Program-made: the position numbers and the translations under genes
Source of the DNA: Azolla caroliniana
Lineage: Eukaryota > Plantae > Polypodiophyta
Length of the DNA: 64,000 nt
Assembly: GCA_043228905.1 (NCBI GenBank)
Contig: JBHGNT010000014.1
Location: forward strand, 10,850,001-10,914,000
Reading direction: 5' to 3'
The notes under the pieces: generated by a model
Seen by the model: only the letters and a program-made list of their open reading frames with translations
Database searches by the model: none
What the model was told of the DNA's origin: nothing
Shown here: positions 1-13,416 of the stretch, piece by piece
Layout: each line of letters opens with the position of its first letter
How positions within the stretch are numbered: position 1 is the first letter of the stretch

Positions 1-771
1 TTTCTGGGTTCGACATTAGTGTCGGAACTCTTGTCCTTCTGGAGATGTCATCAGTCCTACTGAAAGTTTCTAGGCTTTCCACAATAGAAGCATGTTACCT
101 TACCTCTGGACTTCGATCTAGCATGGGACTTTTTTCCCCATGGACTCCTTTACAAGTTCCTTCCTGTGTTGGTTTGTTGAGTCAGATTTGACTCCGACTG
201 GGATTGGATACCCTTATCCTTCATGTTTCTTCATTCAAGATGCTTCTCTTTACTGCCTGTAATGACAAGTTCTCTTCCTGACACGAGGTGTTGAGAGTCA
301 CCCCTAGATTCTCCCAGTTGTCTGGTGGGGCTCACAATAGGAGGATGGCTTGCATATCATCCTCAAGGGAAACCTTGGTTGCAGGAAGTTGATTCACATA
401 CCCCATCATGAATGTGTTTACGTGCTCGACTATGCTTTCAGCCTCACGATCTTCCTCATCATGGATGTTTTGTTGAGGGCATTCTTCCTCTCATATAAGC
501 CTGATAGCTTTTGCCACATCTCGTACGCATTTGTGTTGTTCGCCACATGTTGAAGGACACTTACATAAACACACTGTCAAATGGTGGTCACCGCCTTTCT
601 GTTAAGAAGTTTACTTTCCGAATCCAATACCCCTGTGGGTATTTCTTCTCTGTCGAGTAGCTCGTACAGGTCTTTGACTATTAGAAAGTTTTCCATCTTT
701 ATCTTCCAGTCCGCATAGTTCTGAGAGTTTGAAATTATCATGCTTGGGAAACTGCTCACACCTCCTTCCAT
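1..771 (-). pseudogene. gag: Ty1/copia (Tnt1/Tork-like) gag N-terminal part, decayed, runs off the window start
   Basis: ORF 577-771 reads NYADWKIKMENFLIVKDLY, typical of a copia gag N-terminus; the frame continues with stops towards position 1; a degenerate iMet PBS (782-793) lies between it and the LTR. Confidence 0.8.
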
Positions 772-796
772 CTTTAACTTTGCTTTGGTACTAGTT

Positions 797-1442
797 TGTA
801 GAGAATCGAATTGTTGATCGACGACAAAGATATCCTAAAATACACAAATCTTACGGAAATAGAAAAAACAAACTATTGCGCAATGCTTTATGTGGAAACC
901 CTAAACGGGGAAAAACCATGAGAACAGAGATTCCACTATACACAAGAGAATACAAGATGAGCTCAGAATACAACACTCTCCACTCGGAGTGTATCAGCCA
1001 CACATGGCTTTTGGCATCAAACCTGACTCGGCTATGGCGCCGCTCTCTCTCTCTCACTCACACACTCTCTCTACAGAGGCTAACAACTATTCTGTTCTAC
1101 ATGCACACATCACTACCTTTGCCCGAAGTATATTTATACTTCTACACTATATAGGCTATTTACAAATGTAGCCTCTTCTACGATCATGTCTATTATAACA
1201 ATAATAGTCAATCAGTCGAATGGTGGACTAGTTAACTCCACTGTCGACTGTCTAGTCGGCCCAACTAGTCGGCCTGATCTTCGACCATCTGGTCGGCCCG
1301 ACTAGTTGGTTGTCTCTTCAACTAGAATTCTCCTACTGTCGACTCCCCCGGTTGACTTCCGCAATTGAATCTCCATGTCTTCGACTATTGGCACTCGGCC
1401 TGACTAGTCGGTTGCTCCTATAAGAGGGACATATTCCTAACA
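797..1442 (-). repeat. 5' LTR of the copia element at 1-793
   Basis: TG...CA ends (tgtagag / cctaaca), adjacent degenerate PBS, and similarity to the LTR at ~33700-34284 (shared gtggaaaccct and gagggacatattcc motifs). Confidence 0.75.
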
Positions 1443-2610
1443 TTGTTTTACCTTTTCCTTTACCTTACGAATTCTAGCTCTCTGGCGTTTTCGATGGTCC
1501 GGTTGCATCATCCATGCACCGTTGTTTCTCATCTACATACACCTCATGTAATTAACATAAGGCATATACGCTATTTTTATCTACGGGGCACCCCTATCCC
1601 GTAGCTTCTCGGATGCCTTCGGTGGTGCTCTGGTTTTCATCAAAGTGGGTTTTCTCGAAAATTTCTAGCAGTTCTATCCAGACAAACAACTTCTCTCTCG
1701 ATGTTTCTCCCACACGTATTCCCCCAGTTGTTGCATACTTGCTTTTTGCCATCATCTCCCCGTCTAGGACCTTCTTCATGTCGCGTTTCGGAAGTTTGGC
1801 TGGAGTGGCTTCCGAGAGTTCATTGAATGGATCTGATTTGCTTCATACTAGATGAGTTCCCACCGTAGAGCCTCCTTGTGCTCATCACAATCCTTCCGAT
1901 CATGTACGGTGCTATCGCAACATATGCACCAATCCATATACTTGGAACTTGAGGGACGGTCTTCCGATTTCTTCACCATAGCAATCTTCAGAGTTTCCAT
2001 CTCCTTTAGAAAATGCTCCACTATGGTCACATTGATTCCCTTTTCGGCCGTAGTCTTGTGAGGTCGTGGTTGGTGGTGTTCTGCTACAAATCTCGGCTCA
2101 TCGTTAGGTCTGTATTTCTCTTCTCTTCATCACCAAGCCATGGCTCCCTCTTTTTGTATCGAGCAATGATGTCTCACACATTTTCCCATGTATTGGTGAG
2201 GTTACTCTCAGTAGTCCTATCCTCTAGAAGCACTCCAAGATCTTCCTCGTCCCGGACATCCACGGCTCGTAAGAACATGATCACTTTGTCCGGTACGAGG
2301 ATAGCTTGATCTCTCATGGAAAATCTCCTGAATTGACTTTCGAATGCCGAAAACACATCAAGGAACTTCAGCCCCTTGTCTGGTGTTTCCACCCCATCTT
2401 CGAATCCCCTCTGCATTGCCTTGGAGGAGTCCTCAATAGCGTATGTAGTCTTCGGTGCTTCTTCAAACACCGCCCATGTCGGATTTTGTTGTCGTATCCT
2501 GTGAATACTCCCTTGAAGCCCATCCATAGCCACCCGATTGAAGGATGTCACTTGAAATCCTTTTGATATTCCGCACCGTAGAATCTCCGCCTTGTAATCC
2601 CGCTATAAAA
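1443..2610 (-). pseudogene. gag: Gag fragment of the tRNA-Trp gypsy group
   Basis: ORFs 2174-2551 (TSFNRVA...LGVLLED) and 1848-2030 (CICCDSTVHDRKDC knuckle) resemble the gags at 12057-13259 and 19575-21167. Confidence 0.75.
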
Positions 2611-2928
2611 GTTATTATGCGGAAGCTGTGACAAAACCGGTTACACCAGATAACAACAGAGAATAAACACAGGTTTAATGGAAGCTTAGAATACACAGTT
2701 CACGGGAGTGACAGAGAGAGAAGAATAGCATAAACTCAATTCAAAATAATAACACTCTATACGTACAATGTGCTCAATGAGCACTTTTATATGTGAAATG
2801 TTACGTGCGGAAACTATATGAAAAATAGAATACCGACAAAGGAAAACAGGTTTAATGGAGAGCTTAAAACACAATGTATGCGGGAGAGACAGAGAGGGGA
2901 TGAACACATAGAAAAACTAAATTCAAAA
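2611..2928 (-). repeat. Two adjacent partial LTR fragments of the Bryco-like copia group
   Basis: 2799-2928 matches the LTR end starting at 6446 (tgttacgtgc...ggtttaatggagagc); 2611-2790 is a diverged version of the same segment. Confidence 0.65.
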
Positions 2929-5900
2929 TGAAGGTCCCTCAGGTCCTTCATATCAAATGATGTCGCAAAATGGAGCTTTACGCTGCCAATTTTTACCTAG
3001 GTAGACGCCGGTGATGGCCAAGTCATCAACATAAAGTAAAATACTACCCGGCCCAAGTCGACCTTGTTGGACGAACAATGAAGAGTCCGATTTGGACGTC
3101 GCAAATCCCATCTGACGCAGTCGTTACGTGATCTTTGCGTTCCAGGCACGCGGGGCTTGCTTTAGTCCATAAAGGGACTTCTTCAACTGGCATACCGTCG
3201 AACTGTTTGTTCCGGAGTGAAATCCGGGGGGTTGTACCATGTACACTTGTTCCTCAAGCTCACCTTGCAGGAACACATTCTTTACATCCATCTGATGTAA
3301 GTGCCACCCCTTCACCGTGGATATCGCAAGCAAAACACGGATGGTCGTCATCTTCACGACTGGTGCAAACGTCTCATCTTAATCGATGTCGTGTTGCTGC
3401 ACGTAACCTTTTGCTACTAGCTGGGCCTTGTATCAGTTGACCGAGCCGTCAGTGTTGTACTTGACCTTGTACACTCACCTGCATCCAATCGTCTTTACAC
3501 CTTTGGGTGTGTCAACAAGGTCCCAGGTTTCATTCTCCGCAAGTGCGTTCATCTCTTCCTCCATGGCGGCACGCCAATTTGTGTCCTTTGCCGCTTCTAC
3601 ATAGCTCTCTGGCTCACTCACTTCCGCTACACGTGTCATGTACGCATGTACTCATTATATCTGAACCACAGAACAGGGTTCATCTGGCAGGTAGATTTGC
3701 GTAATTGATCAATGTTGAGGCTATTCTCGCCGATGCAGACTTTGTTTTTGAAGGCCCGTCATCGCTCTTCTCAAAGTCGGATTCGCGTCGATCCGACTCG
3801 TCCCTATCCGTGTCATACACTAGCATCTTCTTCTTTCCCTTTTCTTTGCATGTAAGCCATCTCTTCGGCTTCCTACGCAGGGAATGCACGGCCGAGTCTC
3901 CACTACTTGCCAGCTCTTAATCTGACTGGTCAAACCGACTCAGTCGCTCATTCGGTCCACTTAGCTGAAATAATATCAGACTCTCTTCAAGAGTTCCGAC
4001 TTCATGTTCATTAGGAGGCATCTCAGCCTCGCTGACCTCATCTTCAGAACTTAGATTGGAGCTGACGTCCGGAGTCGGAAGCAAATACCAAGATGCAAAC
4101 TCATCAAACACAACATCGCGACTTACGTGAACTTGTTTGGTTCGGGGGTTATGACACTTTGAACTCTTATGTTCATCTGTATAGCTAACCAAGATACACT
4201 TCTTGGCTTTCGTGTCCAGATTCCTCCGCTTCTCCTTCGGTACATTCACATATGCGATGCTACCGAAAACCCTCAAGTGTCGTAGATTCGGCTTCCTTCC
4301 GAAATACAACTCATGTGTCGACACTTTTTCTCCGATCCGATTCTAGATGTAGACCGCGGTTTAGATTGGTTCGGCCCAATAGAACTTGGGCATGCTCTTT
4401 TCTTCCAGCATTGCCCGCGCTGCTTCCACAACCGACCGATTCTTCCTTTTGGCTACACCGTTTTGCTCTAGCGTATAGATGCAACTGAATTCGTGCCGAA
4501 TTCCCATTTGTTGCAGATAACTATTGAATTGGCCGGAAAAGTACTCTTTTCCGCCATCCGACTGCAGGCACTTGATCTTCCTCCCTGTTTCCCTTGGAAG
4601 ATTTTTTAGGTTCGAAAACAGTCGAAGACTTCACTCTTCTTTTCGATGAGGTAGATCCATTTGTGTTGGGTGTAGTCGTCGATGAAGGAGACGAAATATC
4701 GACTCCCGCCAAGACTCACGTTCTGTGTCGATTCCCATACATTTGAATGTATCAAGTCGAGCTTATTTCGGCTCTGATTACGCTCGTCGGGGAAAGGAAG
4801 TCGGCGTTTCTTCCCTAGTTGGCAGGCTTCACAAATTTGGGCCTTTTGACCACTGAATTTCGGCAATCCGAACACAACTTGTTTCGATTGCAGGTCCTGA
4901 AGCCTTTGGTAGTTGAAGTGGCCTATCTGCTTATGCCACAAGTCGATATTCGACTCGAATGTTTGTCCTTTTGCGAACATGGCAGTGCCTAGGTCATTGG
5001 TGTCAAGGATGAACATCCTCCCATCTCTACGCCCTTGCGCAATAACTTGGCCTTCTTCCTCGATGAAGCACCCAAGATGCGTGAACTGGACTTCCATCCG
5101 CCTGGTCGATGATCTGTCCAACCGACACCAGATTCTTCATAATTGTCGAGACATGTAACACGTTCATTAGCTTCCCTTTTTGCCCGATGTAGCTGAGGGG
5201 AACTTCACCGACATGTATGATCGGATGCGGAGTTTCGTCTCTTGTTGCAACTTCTCCTAGTTGTTCCGGTTTTTCCAGATATGAGAACCACTCTGTATGG
5301 TTCGTCATATGGCTTTACACTCCGGACTCAACGTACCACACTTCGTCTGATTTCGGGGTGGTCTTCTTCAGCGAGGTTGCTTCATATCTTGTCAAGAAGG
5401 TTGTCCCCTTTCCAACTTTTTCGGATCCTTTGACGTAGGGCGTCCGCTACCGATTTCCTTGTTAGGTCTATCTGGATCCGAATCCGGTTTTCTCGGCGCG
5501 CTTCTTCCAGCACTCACTCTCCTTGTGGTGTTACTTGCCACAATACCAGCATTCCGCGACGTGTTTCCCTTGCCGGTTCTCGTTGCCTCCTCGACTCCCC
5601 CTACTTCCGGAGGGTCCGAAATTGTTGTCGGCATCACCACGATGCCTTCTTCCTTGCTCCCGTCGGCCACCTCCATTGCACGCCGACTCATCTCTTCCAC
5701 CACAACCATAGGTCATATTTCCCTTTGAGTACAACATCTTGTTGTTGTTGTGCGTACTCGTCGACACACCCGCATGATTCTTCTCTACAAGGAGCATCGA
5801 CTACAAGTCGAAAAACGACGATGTATTCTCCCTTGTACAAATAACAATTCGGAATGCTTCGAACTTCGACATCAATCCTCTAAGGCAGATCTGCACCATT

Positions 5901-6445
5901 TAGCCCTCCTCAACGTTCACATCGATGGAGGTGAGGGAATCCCAAATATCCTTTATCTTGGAGGTATAGTCAGCCACCGTCATGTCACGTTGACGCACAT
6001 TGCTCAACTCATGTCGGAGTTGGAGCTTCCTAGTTGTGGTGCTTGCGGAGAAAATCTTTTTTAGATTTCCCCAAGCATCCTTCGGCATTCTTGCATCCCC
6101 AATGTAGGTCACAAACTGTTCGCTCACACAGGAAGCAAAGCAGTAGAGAACTCTGCTCGCCGACTGTTTCCAGGCCGAGAAGTCTCTATGTGTCGATTCA
6201 GGTGCTACATCATTTGCTCCATCGACATAGCTCTAGTATCCATGTCCGAGTAGGTACTGGTGCATCTTGTACGACCAAGATGCATAGTTACTTCTGTCGA
6301 CCTTCTCAGTTGGAAGCGAACTAGCCATACCTCTATCCATTTTTTCCTTTTCATTCTTCACCAAGATTTCGGTTTTTGTGTTGTTGTTTCGAGTTGAAGT
6401 CAGCTGTAGAGGTTCTCAACCCTCGCGCTCTGATACCATGTGATC
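2929..6445 (-). mobile_element. Bryco-like Ty1/copia internal region (gag-PR-INT-RT), truncated within RT, decayed
   Basis: PBS tggtatcagagc (reverse complement at 6427-6438); gag fragments 5900-6127 and 5531-5797 (CWYCGK); GAG-pre-integrase/INT 4606-5121 and 3917-4324; RT 3124-3357 ([23 protein letters not shown]). Lineage name is inferred. Confidence 0.85.
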
Positions 6446-6750
6446 TGTTACGTGCAGAAGCTATACGAAACATAAAATACCTACAGAGAAAAATAGGTTT
6501 AATGGAGAGCCTAAGACACAATGTATGTGGGAGAGACAAAGAGGGGATGAACACACAAACAAAACTAAATTCCAAATAATGTGTAAAACTCTATACATAA
6601 GATGTGCTTAGAGAGCACTTTTATACAAGTCCATATGGACTGACAGAAGTACTGACACGTACTTCAAATCTCATAACTTCCAAATATATACACTAACTTC
6701 CAAATATATTCCCTTGTGGAATATCTATTCCACGGCCTCCCGGTTTCCGC

Positions 6751-7590
6751 TGTCGTGAAGATCCGTCACTAGGCGCGGATCGCGAGGTGGAACCATCGGG
6801 GTTCAGAACCGGAAGGATCGAAGTTCCCACCAAGCTTAGCGAGAAAGTATTTAGGATAGATTGAGAGAGAGAGAAAGAGATTAAGATTAAACGCTTGACT
6901 TAGATTGAGAAAGATTGATATGGCCAAGAGAGAGATATTGAGATTAAGATTTTAACTCTTGATTTAAGAAACAAGATATATCATCAATGAATTTTCTTCG
7001 CATTAATTTCTTAGTTCATACACGGATCCATAATACATTTTTATCCATCCTTTTATAGATGCCCCCATGCATATGATGCATGTTTGCCATTTGGCGCTCA
7101 TGTATTACATGTGGTGCATCATAACCATGTCACTCATTTTAGCTCTCATTCATAAGAGTTTACATGTAAAAGTACGATGATAGAAATATAATTTCAATTA
7201 AATATCTTGGCTTAGTGGTAAGCCAATTGACTCCCAACTTGGAGGTGCAAGGTTCGAATCCTCACTTGCCCTCGTTGTATATGTATATATATTTATATAT
7301 TTATTTATCTAGTCGCTAGACGTCGGATTGTGAGAGCCTTATTCGTCCTGTCTATGTGGGATATCTCACAATTTTCTCTTTTTCTTTCGCAATTTCTTAC
7401 CCACATAAGTTGACACTTAGATGTCTGTTTCTTATCTAGTAAAGTGCACCTCTTCAAGATCTTCGTCTTTTGTACTAAGATATTAAACTTACTTAGAATT
7501 AGTATATTCACTATTATTGTTTTATATGATTGACACTTTATTTCGACGTCTTATGTGATTTTCACACCATTGCCGAAAATCTTCACGACA
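6751..7590 (-). repeat. 3' LTR of the gypsy element (lacks ~250 bp present in the 5' LTR)
   Basis: Direct repeat of 13417-14508; the segment ~13990-14245 has no counterpart here. Confidence 0.92.
7208..7261 (+). promoter_or_regulatory. tRNA-type (type 2) Pol III promoter-like A box and B box inside the LTR, antisense to the element
   Basis: TGGCTTAGTGG (7208-7218) and GGTTCGAATCC (7251-7261) fit the consensus; the copy at 13874-13927 has a mutated B box (ggtccgaatcc). Confidence 0.7.
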
Positions 7591-7759
7591 TCCACCCCCA
7601 CCAAACCGCACGTCCTCCGGTACATGCCAAGAAGAGAGGGAGAGAGTGAGATTTCGGCTACGGTGATAAATCAGATTCCTCCATGTCTTTATTTACATCT
7701 GCCCTATTATGTTCATTGCCAAGGTGATCGAGGTCATGATCCTCGTCTTTTCTTTTCTT

Positions 7760-10700
7760 GAAAATCTTTACTCTTTTTCCCGCAATGGGTACGACCAACC
7801 TTGATCAGTCTAGCTCTGCAAGGTGGTATGTGGCATTATCGTTGGCACTTGTCACCACATACGGCCCGAACCATCTTCTTGCGAACTTTCTTGTTCTACT
7901 GTGTTGATTGTCAAGGTTGCTGTCGTAAACCAAAACCCAATCTCCTTCTTCAATCTTCTTGGGACGAAATCGATGCGTGTTGTCAAACCGAACTTTGTTC
8001 TTTACTCGGGCTGCCTCCATCATCTTTCGTGCTTTTTCTAGATCTTCAAGTCTTCTTTCAAGTTGCCTTATCCGCGCCGCTAATAACTCTTGTCGGCTCA
8101 TCTCGTTCTCCCACGGTATCGCTACCCATGAGGCGATCGTCCTTTCGATGGGCATTACTGGCTTTTGTCCATACATAAGCTTCGTCAGCATATACCTTGT
8201 CACCGAGCTGTGTGTCGTTCTGTCGACCCACAAGGCATAGGGTAATAGTCGTGGCCAATTCCCGACTCGACCGTTGCATGCCCGTATGATGGCTTTGACG
8301 ATAGGTTCATGCACTTACTCGATCTTCCCATTCGCTTCCGGATTGTAGGTAGTCGTGAGGGAGAGCTTCACGCCTAGTCGTTCGAAGAGCTCTGTCGCTT
8401 CGTGCGCATCCAACTCCCCTCGGTCGGCCACTATCTTCCCCACACATCCGTATCGGCAAACAACCTCTTCAAGTAGAAATTTGCAAATGGCTGAAGTCGT
8501 CTTATTTATCAAGGTTCGTCCTTCCACGTGATTTGCCCAGTCTTCCCTTGCCAGCACTAAGTACTTCATTTGTCCCACTCCCATTGGCATCGAGACCAAA
8601 TCCACCATCCATTTGAAGTGTATGGTGAGTGGGTATGTCGGTCGTAACTCATCACGATGACGTATATTTGAATATATTTGACAAGTTTCACATGTGGACA
8701 CGAAATGGAGTACATCTTTGTACATGCTTGGGCACCAGTACTTCTCCTTCAACTTTTCGAATGTCACCCATGTTTCTCTATGACCTGCCCAAGCACTCTC
8801 GTGGAATTCGGTCATCAGCGTCTCTTGCTCTTCTTTCTTCACCACCACTCGACGTGGTATTCTTGTCCTTCTTTTTGGATGTCACCAAAGGAATCCTCCC
8901 TTCAAGAAGTATCGGTAAGCTTTCTTCCGGATTCGTAGGGCCTCTTCCTTTGTCAACGAAGCATCTGCCGTCAATGTTCTTAGGAATCTACCGATCAGTA
9001 ACCACTCTCCTTCGTACTCGTTCTCGTTGAAGGTGTGGAGATTTTGCGTGTCATAGTCTTCCGCCGATAATCGAGCCATCTTGAAGAAGTCGAGGGCGAC
9101 ATCTTCATCTTCCGAAACCATGTCACTTCAAATTTCAAATCTTGCCCTCGACAGCATGTCAGCCATGTTGTTCTTCTTCCCTGCAATGTGATGGATCTCT
9201 GGGTTTTAAGACTTTATGTAGGTGATCCACCTTAGCATAGCAAGATCTAGGGTCGCACATCCCGAGACCATTCCGAGAATTGGGAGACAATCTGTCTCTA
9301 TTATCACTTCCGACCCGATCAGGTAATCTTTGTCCGTCTTCACTGCCGACACAATGCCCCAAAGTTCCCGCTTGACTTGGGCATATCTTTGTTGCCGTTC
9401 GCTGAGAATGTTTGCTCCGAACCAGACGGCATATCGCGCATTATCTTCTCCTTCTTGATTGATGACCCACCCGATTTCGGTTGGGCTCGTATCTACGGTC
9501 ACGTAAATTGGCTTCCCTTCGGCATAGTCGATCTTTCTTAGTGCCGGAGCTTCAAGAAGCAATTTCTTCAATCTTCGCATCGCATTTGTTTGCTCGTCTC
9601 GCCATTCGAACTTCATTCTTTTCTTTAGTAGTCCATATAATGGTTCAATGACATGAGCGTAGTGTGGAATCCAGATATGTTAAAATGCGCATGCTCCAAG
9701 GAACCTTTTAACCTCCGTTTGGTTTTCGCATTCTTCTTTCATGTCTTGGATCGCGTTCACTTTGTATGGCGAAGGCTTCCGGCCATATGCCCCACACAAG
9801 TGACCTACTACCAAGATCTCCGGTTGCCCGAATGCGGATTTTTCTCCCGAAAATTTCAAATTCGCATCTTCGAGCCTTTAAAGCACCATCTCGCAATCTT
9901 TCATATGATCCGCAACGAACTTTCTACAACCTTCCTTATCTTTCGATTCATCTTTCTCCTCATCCGAACATCCTTTTATCGGAATATCATCCAAGAATGG
10001 CATTGTGATGTCCGGGATGCAATCCTTCAAGACTTTATTCATGGCATTCACCATATGAGCCACCGAATTCGTTGCGCCTTGGGGTAAGGTACACATCCGC
10101 ACAAGCCCGATCGGAGTCCTCATGGTTGTAATGTCCCGACTGTTGATCACCAATTGGAATTGGTCATATCCAAAGTAGAGATCGCCAATGGAGTAGATGG
10201 ACCGGCCTGCAAACGCTTCGACAAATTCGTCCACGCTCGGACCGATTCTGGCATTTCGAATTGTCACCTTGTTGATGGGTTGAAGATCTTTGATGAATCG
10301 CATTGATCCATTCTTCTTCGGCACCGTGAACCACCTATTGGAATAAGGAGCATTCGACGGTTCTAGAATTCCCATAGTCACCTTCTCCTTTAAGAGCTCG
10401 ATCATCTTCGGAAGGTGTGCTCTCAGAGCCGGTATCGGTTTCAAATTCCAAGGCACATGAGGCACTGTGAAGATCACCATCGGCTCTATAACCTTTGGGT
10501 CGACACATCCGATTTCTCGTGGGAAGAATGTGAAAGCCTTCCCATGTCTCTCAAGCATATCGCGAAACATTCACTCCTCTTCAAGGAGAAGGAAATCCTC
10601 CTTTCCAACTCGTAGCTTCCCCTTCGTCTCTTTGGTGAAGACATGCCCTATCGTCTTCGGATCTCTTAAGCTTGGATCATTAGCGACTTCCTTCATCTTT

Positions 10701-11130
10701 TGCCAGCTATCTTCCGGTAGCGGAACCGCAACTAGCTTGATCTTCTTATCCACCGTTTTATATTTCGTGTTGATGTCAACTTCCTTCATCGAGATTCCAC
10801 AACGGTATTCATCGATGATAGCGTACATGTTGACGGAGTTAACCGAAATCATGCGCTGGTCGTGAAGATAGCTCAAGTCCACGACGTCCTCGATTTTGCC
10901 GATGGTGTCGTTAAATGAGGCTTCTTCTGTAATATGAGTCAGGAACACTTCTTCATCTATTATGTTTTCTTCTTTCAGCATCTTCTCGAATTCTTGTATC
11001 CGACGCTTGTCCTTCTTGTCGGGTAGTACTAGTTTCAATGCGCCACTAGGTGTGACACATGTTGCTGCTCCTCGCAATCCACACACTCCTCTTACTTGTG
11101 GGGCTTGTGATTTCTCAAACTATTTGTGAC
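7760..11130 (-). pseudogene. pol: Gypsy pol RT-RNase H-integrase, broken by stops and frameshifts
   Basis: RT 9878-10570 (LPQGATNS, FLDD); RH 9206-9616 (VDTSP, ELWGI, ETDC); INT 8315-8848 (H..H..C..C, VDL, ADRG) and 7805-8314 (GPY motif). No chromodomain seen. Confidence 0.9.
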
Positions 11131-11150
11131 CCATGCTTCAATAGTCCGCT

Positions 11151-13350
11151 CTAAAAATCCGAGGATTCACCTCCGAGACTATCTCGATTCCTTTGATGAT
11201 TGGCTCGCACCGTTAGGAATTGGACCGATCTTTGGTTGTCAAGACTCTTTATTCGTGCGAAGGCTGCTCCATTATCAAACACTTTGTTCTCCATCCGAGA
11301 TGATGTGATATACGGTTGCCCTAGGATGACAGGATGCGACGCCGATTCTTGTACGAAGAAGTGTTGATCCATCTCCACATCCCCGATCGTGACTTTTACA
11401 TTGGGACAAGCTCCGTACAAGTCTTCCGTAGACTTTGTTGCCGCGTGAATCTTCCATCCGTGGTTTGTATTGATTGGCCATCTTCCTTTTTTGTAGAAGT
11501 CGGTTGACATGAGGTTGATCTCCGAGCCGTGGTCGATCAAGGCTACCACGGTCTCTTTCTTCTCCCCGATCTTCACCGGCGTCTCCGTTGTCGCTCGTGC
11601 CCAATGAGGTCGAGTATAGTGGCTGTCCACCATATCTTCATCGACTTCGTCTCTTGCCATCGTTATGGCATTCATTTTTGTTTTTTGCGGCTTCTCTTCT
11701 TCCTCGTCCGATTGTTGTCTTTTTCTCTTTACAAGGTCCACGATCGTGTCATGGAACTCCTTCTTCGTAATGCCAAGCAATTCCCTCAAGGACAAAGTCA
11801 TGTGGCTATCAAGAACTCGTTCTTTGAGAATCTTCTTTAGGTCCATCGTCTGCTCTATGTCCGACCTTAGCTTATAGGTAGGCATAGTCCTTGTCCTCCG
11901 AGCGGGGTCTTCGGAACCAACCTTCACGGGCCGAACCGTTTCTTCTACTCTTATGCTCAGCTCCCCTTTTCGGCTTGATTCTTGTTCCTCCTTTTGTAAA
12001 GGTCGACTCGTCTCCACATCTTCCTTCTTTTTCGCGTTCCTTGTTTCATGTCTTTTTTATGGTCCTTGCTCTTCTATTAATTTTCTCTTTTCTTCGACAA
12101 ACACCTCATGGTTGTCGCACATCACCTCCACGAGCATGGTGTTGTCATCCACCGGATCCAACCACCCAGTTATGCTTTGCACACTTCGGTCCGCAAGCTC
12201 GACCTCATTCGATGTGACCTTCCCCATCTTCTCATACTCAAGAACGGAAGACCAAAACTTGGCTCCCACTTTCACAGCTTCATTTCTGTCTGTCCCGACT
12301 CTTATTCCGGCCGACAAAGCATAGTGCATCGCATCCACTTGAGTCGCATCGGCATCCTCCATAGCTTTCTTCATTCCTCCTCTTCCGAAATTCACCCGTA
12401 GCGGTCTTCTAGTCTCGCTCGAGCAGATCATGTTGTCATCTATGTACACGATATTTTGTCGGATCGCCTCTCGAAGGCTCACACAATCCCTTCTCATGTG
12501 GTCCATGCTATCGCACCACACGCATCTAAAGGGTTCTTTTCCTTTGGGCCCCCGACGATTCATGTTGGCTAGCGTGACCTTCTCGAACTTCTTCGCTAGC
12601 TCTTCAATGATGTCATCATCAATCTTCTTTTCTTCTGGGCTGCTTTGTTTGGGCGGCTCAGCTACTTTCGGTTAGCTTGTTTTCTCCGCAACAGTCGATC
12701 CCGCCAAGTCGGTGTCATCAACCCATTGACGATGCTTGTCAAGCTTATTGCATGCTTGCTTTACTACAACCCAGTCTGCCACAAGCCCGTTCGCTTGGGT
12801 ATCATCTTCGAGAAGAGTCCCCAACCCCCGTCTATCCTTCATGTTCGTGGCCTTCAGGAAGTACAAAGTCTTGTCCTCTTCAAGAAACACTTGGTCCGTG
12901 TTGGGGAGATGACTAAACATCTGCTCGAATTCATCGTACACCCTCGAGGCACTCATCTTCTTATTCTTCTTCTCTATCCACTTCATCAGGGCATGTCGAG
13001 TCATCCTCGTTGAGTCTTCAGTCGTGAACTCCGCTAGTATTGTTTTCTCGAACTCGGACCATGTTGTATTACCTTCTTGAAGTTCGATGACGCGTCTTTG
13101 GACGTTGTTGGTGACAACTCTCTTGAAGCTTGCGATTTGACGTGCTTTGGACACATCCCTCTGATTCATCTCCCTTCTATATGTGTCAAGGAACTTCGTA
13201 ATGTTCCTTCCATCAAATTGACCCTCGAGCTTTACGACACAGTCGACGACCTTCTCCACGCTCGCATCGTTGTCTCAAGATCTCATCATTTGTTGAACGA
13301 TTAGCATCATCCTTTCGAGCTCTCCCGCTTGGTTGCTTGAGGACGCCATC
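11151..13350 (-). pseudogene. gag: Gypsy gag plus aspartic protease
   Basis: 12672-13259 (QFDGRNITKFL), 12057-12563 (CVWCDSMDHMRRDC knuckle), 11151-12017 (ALIDHGSEINL, ILGQPY). Confidence 0.88.
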
Positions 13351-13416
13351 TCCAAGTATTAATCTCAGCTTGTTTCTGCCTACCGCCTCTTTCACATCGG
13401 GTTCACCACTTTATTA

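Noticed and set aside
851-1171. Short ORFs inside LTRs (also 14022-14849, 24407-24668, 30526-31222, 36025-36294)
   Set aside because: They fall in LTR or microsatellite sequence and show no protein motifs.
7200-7275. tRNA gene
   Set aside because: A and B boxes are present but I find no acceptor or anticodon stem, and the sequence is part of an LTR; kept as a promoter-like module.
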